A DNA stretch of 63,354 bases, counting the filler. It is 7 parts of 7 records of this genome, joined end to end, with 100 filler letters (N's around TTAATTAATTAA, not from the genome) between each part and the next. Parts side by side here need not be neighbours in the genome. Positions count along the whole stretch, not along the records: positions 26,937 to 42,861 come from SRR20825010_2530; positions 42,962 to 47,379 come from SRR20825010_2531; positions 47,480 to 59,632 come from SRR20825010_2540; 4 more parts are not named here. One strand, 5' to 3'. Each line of letters begins with the position of its first letter. Position 1 is the first letter of the stretch. Positions 41,410 to 48,860 of the stretch are shown piece by piece. Below the pieces are notes generated by a model. It was not told where the DNA came from and ran no database searches. It was given only the letters and a program-made list of their open reading frames with translations. Both the position numbers and the translations under genes were made by a program.

Positions 41410-42084
41410 TCAACTCATCCCCTCAATAAAACTGATCACTAGAGCGCCTAACTGCCGGGTGTTATATGGATTCCCATTACTATTGAGAATGCCAATTTTT
41501 AGCTCACTGGCTAACGCTCTTAATTCAGGTTTAGCGACTGGTGATAATTCACCATTTACATACACCTCTATAGAGCCATTCTCCAGCTCTCTAATCTTAC
41601 GATTGGCGTATTCTACAACTCTGATCGCTTTGAGCTGGGAGGCTGGCTTGGAGGGCCGAATCAGCTTTGATAAAGAAATGGAGGATTTTCCTTGAGAGTT
41701 TTCGGCTCCCATAAGGTTTATTGCCTCAGAGACACCACCATCAAATAGCATTTCAATTTGCATTTCCTCTGTATTCACACGAAGTATCATGACACGATCA
41801 ACCTCGTGAAGAGTTCTAGGGTTAAACGATATATGGCCGCCCAAGCCCATCATTGCTGTTGTTTTTACGGAAATACGGTCCCCATCTCCGCTCACAACAT
41901 CATAACCTTTTTGATTCACTTCCGTAGCCATCTGCCCATTGGTAATTAACGCAGAGTAAAGCTCCCCGATCCGCCCAATAAGATGGCGCAATTCCGTAGG
42001 AGGCACCCCCCAAAGCAACTCCCTTTCAAACCAAGTCATTGCTTCACCCAACGATTGAATAAGCTGCATTTGAGTTAATGCCAA
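41410..42084 (-). CDS. hypothetical protein, PD-(D/E)XK nuclease-like (DUF6998-like)
   Basis: IGRIGELY...KGYDVV...ISVKTT motif; AAGGGG RBS before TTG; AT-rich relative to the contig. Confidence 0.65.
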   Translation of the reverse strand: MALTQMQLIQSLGEAMTWFERELLWGVPPTELRHLIGRIGELYSALITNGQMATEVNQKGYDVVSGDGDRISVKTTAMMGLGGHISFNPRTLHEVDRVMILRVNTEEMQIEMLFDGGVSEAINLMGAENSQGKSSISLSKLIRPSKPASQLKAIRVVEYANRKIRELENGSIEVYVNGELSPVAKPELRALASELKIGILNSNGNPYNTRQLGALVISFIEGMS

Positions 42085-42181
42085 AGTTCATTCCCCTTAC
42101 CTATAACCTGTAATTTTATAATCTGAATGTCGAGGTAGCATGAAAAATCGCAGGTCAAGTCACCACTCCCGGAGAGCAAAA

Positions 42182-42317
42182 GGGGTCAGACCTCATATTT
42201 CAGACCTCTCCTAGAAAATAACCGTTCGCTTGCCAACGGGACTACCAACGATCGACAACTCTTTCCCGGAATCATGCCGGAATGCCGTGAAAGTCTGTGA
42301 AATGTGAGGTCTGACCC
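42182..42317. mobile_element. miniature inverted-repeat element with GGGGTCAG termini
   Basis: GGGTCAGACCTCATATTTCA (42183-42202) vs TGAAATGTGAGGTCTGACCC (42298-42317): 20-bp IR with 1 mismatch and no coding capacity. Confidence 0.65.
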
Positions 42318-42327
42318 TGTGATCCTG

Positions 42328-42399
42328 CAGGCCGAGCGACGCGAGGTCCAGTGCAATGCGCTTTTTGCATTGCACGATTGTGCTTGGCCTTGTTAGCGC
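42328..42399 (-). other. truncated attC-like integron cassette site
   Basis: 5 nt after a stop codon: GCGCTAACAAGGCCAAGCAC..., internal GTGCAATGC/GCATTGCAC hairpin; distal GTT core missing. Confidence 0.5.
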
Positions 42400-42404
42400 T
42401 GATT

Positions 42405-42833
42405 CTAGAACGGAATATCATCAAAAGACTCAGGGACCGGCGTACTCACTCTTTCATTAGCTTTATGTAGAAGTTCTTCATTTTCCAACAAGTAATCGAT
42501 TCCATCGGCCGTTATGGAAAAAGCGTAATACTCACTGTCATTGCACTCGTGATCTATTGCGATGTTCTTGTCTAGAAAGCCGACTCGCTCCAGCTTAATT
42601 GCTGCGAGGCTAAGTATTCCCTGCTCTACACCTTTAAGATCGTTGAATGTACTCCATACAGATACGCCATCAGGAGACCTTGCATAGCTTTCTAGGACTT
42701 TAGCCAATAATCGATGCTCAACATCACCAAGCTTATAGTTGTATCCGACTTTCCTGCGAGCCTTTGTTGGGATGTTTAGATCTTGAGAAAGCAACCCTAG
42801 ATTAGCGACTTCTTTTTTTATTAAAACACAGGG
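42405..42833 (-). pseudogene. AT-rich hypothetical gene 5'-truncated by an IS
   Basis: frame open from the IS junction (PCVLIKKEVANLGLLSQDL...) to TAG 42405; winged-helix-like C-terminus (FSITADGIDYL), ends DDIPF. Confidence 0.6.
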
Positions 42834-42861
42834 TGTAGTGGTCTAATGAATCCGGACACCA
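42834..42861. mobile_element. IS3-family terminal inverted repeat at contig end
   Basis: TGTAGTGGTCTAATGAATCCGGACACC, a TG-start end of IS3-family type; the contig breaks here. Confidence 0.65.
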
Positions 42862-42961
42862 NNNNNNNNNNNNNNNNNNNNNNNNNNNNNNNNNNNNNNN
42901 NNNNNTTAATTAATTAANNNNNNNNNNNNNNNNNNNNNNNNNNNNNNNNNNNNNNNNNNNN
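42862..42961. other. artificial contig linker
   Basis: N44-TTAATTAATTAA-N44. Confidence 0.98.
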
Positions 42962-44098
42962 CCGGCGCAGATCGCGACCCTGTAACTCTTCGGGTAGCGG
43001 CTGGTCGACCTTGATGTCGGGCGTGATGCCTTTGCCCTGGATCGATTCTCCTGATGGCGTGTAGTAGAGCGCGGTGGTGAGGCGCAGGGCGCCGTTCTCG
43101 CCGAGCGGAATAATGGTCTGCACCGAACCCTTTCCGAAAGACTGGGTGCCGAGCACCGTTGCGCGGCGATGATCCTGCAGCGCACCGGCAACGATCTCGG
43201 AGGCGCTCGCAGAACCGCCGTTGATCAACACAATCACCGGCTTGCCATTGAGCACATCGCCGGGCCGCGAATCGAAACGGGCGATATCGTTGGCGTCACG
43301 ACCGCGTGTCGAAACGATCTCGCCACGGTCGAGGAAAGCATCGGAGACGCTCACCGCCTGATCGAGCAGACCACCCGGATTGAGACGCAGATCGAGTACA
43401 TAGCCCTTCAACTTGTCGTCAGGCACCTCTTTGCTGATCGTATCAATGGCGCTCATCAGGTCATCGAAGGTCTTTTCGGTGAAGGACGTGATCTTCAGAT
43501 AGCCGACATCCTCCTCCACGCGGAACTTGACGGCTTTCACCTTGATGATATCGCGCACAATGGTCAGCTCGATCGGTTTGTCTGCACCTTCGCGCAGGAT
43601 GGTGAGTTCGATCGGTGTGTTGACCGGGCCTCGCATCTTGTCCACCGCGTCATTGAGCGACATGCCGCGCACCTCCTCGCCGTCGATGGCGGAGATCAGG
43701 TCGCCGGCCAGGACGCCAGCGCGCGAGGCGGGTGTGTCGTCGATGGGGGAGACAACCTTCACGAGCTCATTGTCCATGGTCACTTCGATGCCCAGGCCAC
43801 CGAACTCGCCCTTTGTCTGGACCCGCATGTCCTTGGCAGCTTCCGCATCGAGATAGGAAGAGTGTGGATCGAGCGAGGTGAGCATGCCGTTAATGGCGCT
43901 CTCCACCAGCTTCTTGTCGTCCGGCGGGGTCACATACTGGGCGCGCACGCGCTCGAAGATGTCGCCGAAGATCGCAAGCTGCCGGTAGGTTTCCGAACCA
44001 GCGGCGTTTGCCGAGAAACCGCTCGTACCGTGAAAAAGCGAAACCGCGGATGCGCCCATGAGGGCGCCGGCAAACAATAGCGACAAGTTACGTTTCAT
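42962..44098 (-). CDS. ctpA: S41 family carboxyl-terminal protease (3' truncated)
   Basis: LDPHS, PDZ FGGLGIEV, LDLRLNPGG, SASASEIVAGALQD, SFGKGSVQ. Confidence 0.93.
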
Positions 44099-45395
44099 TT
44101 CCTGTCCTTCCAGAGTGTCCCGGAGCCCACCAGGGTTTAGGATCGATCGGTTTTCCGTTCTTCCTGAACTCGACATACAGCTCGGGGGTAAGGTCTTCAG
44201 TCCCCGGGCCTGCGATGCTTGCCAGACGAGCTTCCCCCATCATGCCGATTGGTTCGCCCGCCAAAACGGATTGCCCCAGCGTCACGCTTACCTTATCCAA
44301 GCCGGCAAGCACGATATGATAACCGTCGCCGGCATTGAGTATCAATAGCTGACCATAGGAACGAAACGGTCCTGCGTACAGTACCGTCGCCCCCGCGGGT
44401 GCCGTAACGATTGCGCCGGATTGTGTTCTTAGAATGTCGCCCTGCAGCGGCGCGCCAGTGTCGTCGTCTTCACCGAACCTGGCCACGAACTGACCGGCAA
44501 CGGGCAAGGCCACCCCGCCTGTCCGCCTGGCGAAGGAGGCGCCGGCACCAAGACGGTTCTCGGGCGAAGTCGGCTCATTGAGCCGCCTTGCGCGCTCGGC
44601 TTCAGCCTTGCGGAGCGAGGCGATTTCGTTCTCCAGCGACCCGATCAGCTCCTGAAGGCTGGTGGCGCGTGCGGCCAGCGCCTCTGCCTGCTGCTGCTCT
44701 GTTGCCATGCGGTTTTCGGCCTCCTGCTGGAGCCGCTTCTTCTCGTCCAGCAGCAGGGCCAGCCGCTTCTTTTCTTCGGCCTGTTCGGTCACGGTTTTTT
44801 GAAGTTTGTCGCGCTCGCCCTCAATCGACGTCACGATCCGGGAAAGATCGCGCAGATCGCCGATCAGGATTTCCGTTTCCGCGCGCAGCTCCGGCACCAC
44901 CGCGCCGAGAAGAATGGCACTGCGGACTGAAGCCAAGGCGTCTTCGGGGCGAACGAGAATGGCCGGAGGCGGGTTGAGGCCCATGCGTTGAAGCGCGCCG
45001 AGCACCTCGGCCAGAACGCCGCGGCGTGACTGGAGCGATTCGCGGAGGTAGCTCTCTTCGTGACGAAGCTTGCTCAGCCGCAGCGAAATCGTATCGATAT
45101 CCTCGCTCAGCTTGCGTTCCGTTTTTGCTGCCTGGATGAGAGCCGCCGTGATTGCGGCATTGTCGTTCCTGATGGCATCGATCTCGGCCGCGATCTCGGC
45201 GAGCCGCTTTTCCGTCAGTGCAATCTCGCGGTTGATGTCCTGAAATTCGACCTGGCTCTTGTTGTGCTGGGTCTCGAGAACCTGAATGCCATCCTGCGCG
45301 GGAGCGGGGGCAGGCAGAATGCAGAAGATCGCCACAGCAGCAGCGGCCGTCCTGAGACGGGTGAGATATGGGCGCGGCGCGAGCGCATTCTTCAT
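44088..45395 (-). CDS. envC: murein hydrolase activator EnvC family (coiled coil + M23-like)
   Basis: signal peptide, long coiled coil, LPVAG..FG, YAGPFRSYGQLLI, LYVEFRK.GKPIDP. Confidence 0.88.
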   Translation of the reverse strand: MKNALAPRPYLTRLRTAAAAVAIFCILPAPAPAQDGIQVLETQHNKSQVEFQDINREIALTEKRLAEIAAEIDAIRNDNAAITAALIQAAKTERKLSEDIDTISLRLSKLRHEESYLRESLQSRRGVLAEVLGALQRMGLNPPPAILVRPEDALASVRSAILLGAVVPELRAETEILIGDLRDLSRIVTSIEGERDKLQKTVTEQAEEKKRLALLLDEKKRLQQEAENRMATEQQQAEALAARATSLQELIGSLENEIASLRKAEAERARRLNEPTSPENRLGAGASFARRTGGVALPVAGQFVARFGEDDDTGAPLQGDILRTQSGAIVTAPAGATVLYAGPFRSYGQLLILNAGDGYHIVLAGLDKVSVTLGQSVLAGEPIGMMGEARLASIAGPGTEDLTPELYVEFRKNGKPIDPKPWWAPGHSGRTGNET

Positions 45396-45552
45396 CCCTG
45401 GTCTGCCGTTTTACGCGAAGTGGAGGTCGTTCAAAGACAGAATAGGCCAAGTTTCCTTAAGGAAACATCAACCATGTGGTAACCGGATGCAATTTTTGGT
45501 TGTATTTTGCCGGGCGTCAATGCGCGTTTGTGAAAACAGCGCCACAAGTCGG

Positions 45553-46035
45553 TCAGTCACGGTGATAGGGATGGCCAGAAAGGATGGTCGACGTCCGGTA
45601 AAGTTGTTCAGCCAGCATCAGGCGAACGATCTGGTGCGGCCATGTCTGTGCGCCGAAGGCTATGGTGCGGTCGGCTGCCTCACGCAGTTCACTGTCGTGC
45701 CCGTCCGGCCCCCCGATGACTATCGTGAGACTGCGGCGGCCCTGATCGCGCAAATCCGCGATCGTTTCGCTCAACTGCCTTGATGTGAGATTCTTCCCAC
45801 GCTCGTCGAGCAGAAAGAGTGCTGACCCCTCGGGGCGCATTTGTGCGATCTTGCGGCTTTCTTCGCGACGCCGTTCGTCAGCGGACCTGGCGCGGCTCTC
45901 GACAATCTCACTGACACCGGAGAATTCCAGGCCCACAGCAGGGCCGCTTTTGGCGAACCGCTCCAGATAACGGTCCGTCAAATCCCTCTCGGGGCCGGTC
46001 TTCATCCGGCCCACGGCACAAATGGCAATATACAT
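45553..46035 (-). CDS. rlmH: 23S rRNA m3Psi1915 methyltransferase
   Basis: AVGRMK, LDERGK, IGGPDG, TWPHQIVRLMLAEQLYR, HPYHR. Confidence 0.95.
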   Translation of the reverse strand: MYIAICAVGRMKTGPERDLTDRYLERFAKSGPAVGLEFSGVSEIVESRARSADERRREESRKIAQMRPEGSALFLLDERGKNLTSRQLSETIADLRDQGRRSLTIVIGGPDGHDSELREAADRTIAFGAQTWPHQIVRLMLAEQLYRTSTILSGHPYHRD

Positions 46036-46095
46036 TCCAGCCTCTCTGCCCGGTGGGCGGAGGTGGCTCATAGTCGCCGTCGTCGCAGACGACGG

Positions 46096-46491
46096 TCAGT
46101 GAACCGTTTCATCCTCCAGATCGGGGGCCTGCCACATCTTCTCGATGTTGTAAAACTCCCGAACTTCAGGGCGGAAGACGTGAACGACAATGTCGCCCGT
46201 ATCGATCAACACCCAGTCGGCGCCGCTCAGACCTTCGACCTTGGCGTTGCCAAGACCAGCCTCTTTGAGCGCGCGGATCAGATGATCCGCCACTGCCGCC
46301 ACATGGCGATGCGAACGCCCCGACGCGATGATCATGTGATCGGCGAGCGGGGATTTGCCCTGGATATCGATAGAGATGATGTTTTCCGCCTTGGAGTCTT
46401 CCAGACTCGTGAGGGCTGTTTCAACGGCCTGGGAAACCAGATTGCGACTGGCCTCGGCCGGCGAAGGCATCATGTCAGCCTTCTTCGTCAT
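46096..46491 (-). CDS. rsfS: ribosome silencing factor
   Basis: LEDSKAENI, IASGRSHRHV, DWVLIDTGDIVVHVF..REFYNIEKMW. Confidence 0.95.
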   Translation of the reverse strand: MTKKADMMPSPAEASRNLVSQAVETALTSLEDSKAENIISIDIQGKSPLADHMIIASGRSHRHVAAVADHLIRALKEAGLGNAKVEGLSGADWVLIDTGDIVVHVFRPEVREFYNIEKMWQAPDLEDETVH

Positions 46492-46629
46492 TGCTGTTCT
46501 CAGTGTCTTTCCTTTCCAATAAGAACAAGCTCACCATCGGCCACAATGCCGACGATACCCAATAGATAGGCAGAGTCTGTTAACAGTTTCAAGACATGGC
46601 CGTTCACATGTTTGAACGGAGTTTAGCGA

Positions 46630-47289
46630 TCACCGGGCCTCTTTCGCCGCATTTCTGATGGCGGTCGAGGATAGCGAGGAGCGTGGGCCGTGGATGAATG
46701 TCCAGGCTGGCGGCCTGCTGCGCGCCAGGATTGGCGCGTCGTCTTCGTCGAGCCGGGCATGGTCGAAAGTCTTCGCCATGGTGGACGATAGGAAGGCGAG
46801 CGTCGCCCCGGGACGGTCGATCACCGCAATGGGCATGGAGCGTACGATGTCGCGCCAGCGTTCCCAGCGGTGAAAGTCGCGCAGGCTGTCGGCGCCCATG
46901 ATCCAGACAAAATCGACACCGCGATTGCGCGTTTGAACAAGATCTATCGTGTCCGCCGTATAGCGGATGCGGTGGCCGGCCTCAAAGGCAGTCACCTTCA
47001 CGCGTGGATCGCTTGTGCATTTCTCCGAAAGCGCCACCCGTTCGGAAAGCGGCGCGAGCTCGCGATGGCTTTTCAGTGGGTTTCCCGGCGTGACGATCCA
47101 CCAGAGCTGATCGAGCCTCAGCCTTCGCATGGCGATTTCTGCGACCAGCGCATGACCGGCATGGGGAGGATTGAACGATCCGCCGAAGAGCCCCACCGCC
47201 ATGCCCGGCTCCACATGCGGCATGCGCAGATAGCGCGCCGGGAGGGAAGTGGGCGAAGCAGGAGAAGGCATCAAACGATCCGGGCTCAC
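46630..47289 (-). CDS. nadD: nicotinate-nucleotide adenylyltransferase
   Basis: [26 protein letters not shown]. Confidence 0.95.
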   Translation of the reverse strand: MSPDRLMPSPASPTSLPARYLRMPHVEPGMAVGLFGGSFNPPHAGHALVAEIAMRRLRLDQLWWIVTPGNPLKSHRELAPLSERVALSEKCTSDPRVKVTAFEAGHRIRYTADTIDLVQTRNRGVDFVWIMGADSLRDFHRWERWRDIVRSMPIAVIDRPGATLAFLSSTMAKTFDHARLDEDDAPILARSRPPAWTFIHGPRSSLSSTAIRNAAKEAR

Positions 47290-47379
47290 GGTCGTGTCTG
47301 GCCGGAGCCGCGAACGCGATATTTGAACGAGGTGAGCTGTTCAACACCGACCGGACCGCGCGCGTGCATCTTGCCGGTG
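47286..47379 (-). CDS. proA: glutamate-5-semialdehyde dehydrogenase (C-terminal fragment)
   Basis: [34 protein letters not shown] overlap with nadD. Confidence 0.88.
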
Positions 47380-47479
47380 NNNNNNNNNNNNNNNNNNNNN
47401 NNNNNNNNNNNNNNNNNNNNNNNTTAATTAATTAANNNNNNNNNNNNNNNNNNNNNNNNNNNNNNNNNNNNNNNNNNNN
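47380..47479. other. artificial contig linker
   Basis: N44-TTAATTAATTAA-N44. Confidence 0.98.
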
Positions 47480-47508
47480 GAATTAGCCTGAAAGGCGTAA
47501 TCCAACAT
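47480..47508. repeat. partial REP-like palindrome at contig edge
   Basis: GAATTAGCCTGAAAGGCGTAATCCAACAT resembles the body of GTAG-type REPs. Confidence 0.4.
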
Positions 47509-47539
47509 TTAGGGTAGTCAAAACTCGAAGGGTGAGAGT

Positions 47540-48232
47540 TCAGCGTTTGCGCGCCAGTTTTTCCAGGCTCATCAGGGTATCCAGATAATTCACGAAGTGT
47601 TCCAGATACGCGGGTGACAGCTCGCGCAGGGTTTCGATGGAGCGGGTCACCAGCCGGTGGGAGTTGAGCGGGCCGGCGTCACTGGGCGTTTGGGTAATAG
47701 CATCGTCGATGCGCTGGCGAGCCTGGTGTGCCTGCCGCTGGCTGCGCAGCTGGCGCAGGGCGCTCAGTTCCCGTTGTCGGGGCGGCGGCGGTGGGGTGCT
47801 GGCGCCATTGTCTGCCAGAACCTGAGTTTCCTGTTGCTTCAACATGCTTGCCAGTGCGTTGTGCTCTTGCGGGTCCTCATCCGCTGGTGCGGCACGGTAG
47901 GCCTGCTGCAAGGGCGCAAACGGTGACGGGTTTGCCGTCTGGCGCCGCCGTAGCAAAAAGCGGAACTGGCCAGGATTGTCGGTGGGTTCCCCGGCACGTT
48001 GCAGGGTTTCCCGTGCCTGATTCAGCGCGTCTTCGTACTCGGTTAGTTGGCTAGCCAGTTTGCCCTGTGTGCCGATGGGGGGCTCAGGCAGGGCAGCCAG
48101 CCGCTGGGTCAGGCTGTCCAGGTAATGGAACTGCACCGGATCGAAACGTTCCGCGCCTTGCTCACGAAGGGCGGTTAGCCGCTCCAGCAGGGCGCCGAGT
48201 GTGGGCGAGGGCGCGGCGTGATCAGGGTGCAT
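47540..48232 (-). CDS. zorG: DUF2894 protein (Zorya type III ZorG-like)
   Basis: GA.RFDPVQFHYL, RELSALRQ, AGPLNSHRLV.RS...LRELSPAYL.HF..Y.DTL; last gene of the operon. Confidence 0.8.
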   Translation of the reverse strand: MHPDHAAPSPTLGALLERLTALREQGAERFDPVQFHYLDSLTQRLAALPEPPIGTQGKLASQLTEYEDALNQARETLQRAGEPTDNPGQFRFLLRRRQTANPSPFAPLQQAYRAAPADEDPQEHNALASMLKQQETQVLADNGASTPPPPPRQRELSALRQLRSQRQAHQARQRIDDAITQTPSDAGPLNSHRLVTRSIETLRELSPAYLEHFVNYLDTLMSLEKLARKR

Positions 48233-48860
48233 CGGCTTCCTCGCTTTGCCTTGGCACCGTGGTCAGCTCCACCCGGCGGTTACGGGCACGGCTGTCGGCG
48301 TCGTTGTTGGGGGCCACCGGCTGGTTGTCGCCGAAAGCGGCGGCAAACACCTGGTCCGCCGGCATGCCCTGTTCGATCAGGGTGCGGGTGACGGTGAGTG
48401 CTCGCTGCGCCGACAGCCCCCAGTTATCCGCGTAACGGCCGTTGCCCCGGTTGATGGGCAGGTCGTCGGTGAAGCCGCTGACCATGAGCATGTCATCGTG
48501 CTGGCTGAGGAATACCTGCAGTGGTTTCACCAGATCGCTTAGCAGGGCTTCGCCTTCCGGTTGCAGCTGGTCGGAGTTGAGCTGGAACAGCACGCTGCCA
48601 CTGATGCCGATGCGGCCGTTGTGGAAGGTTACTCGACCGCTGGCTAACGGGTCGGCCAGCGCTTCTTCCAGTGCCATGCGGCGCTGCTCTTCGGCGAGGC
48701 GTTTGGCTTTTTCCTGCTCCAGGGACTGGCTTAATTCCAGCTGGATACCGATTACCCACACCAGTAACAGCACCAGAATACCCACCAGCGCGGCCATCAG
48801 GTCCGAGAAGATGGCCCAGACCGGCGAGGCCTGGGCATCGCTGTCGTGTAATTCGTCCAT
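48222..48860 (-). CDS. zorB: MotB/OmpA-family protein (ZorB-like)
   Basis: WAIFSDLMAAL single TM with the conserved Asp; VLF, GFTD, NWGLSAQRA, RNRRVE. Confidence 0.85.
   Translation of the reverse strand: MDELHDSDAQASPVWAIFSDLMAALVGILVLLLVWVIGIQLELSQSLEQEKAKRLAEEQRRMALEEALADPLASGRVTFHNGRIGISGSVLFQLNSDQLQPEGEALLSDLVKPLQVFLSQHDDMLMVSGFTDDLPINRGNGRYADNWGLSAQRALTVTRTLIEQGMPADQVFAAAFGDNQPVAPNNDADSRARNRRVELTTVPRQSEEADAP

Noticed and set aside
42962-47379. proA-nadD-rsfS-rlmH-envC-ctpA cluster as a novel system
   Set aside because: Well-known conserved alphaproteobacterial gene order.
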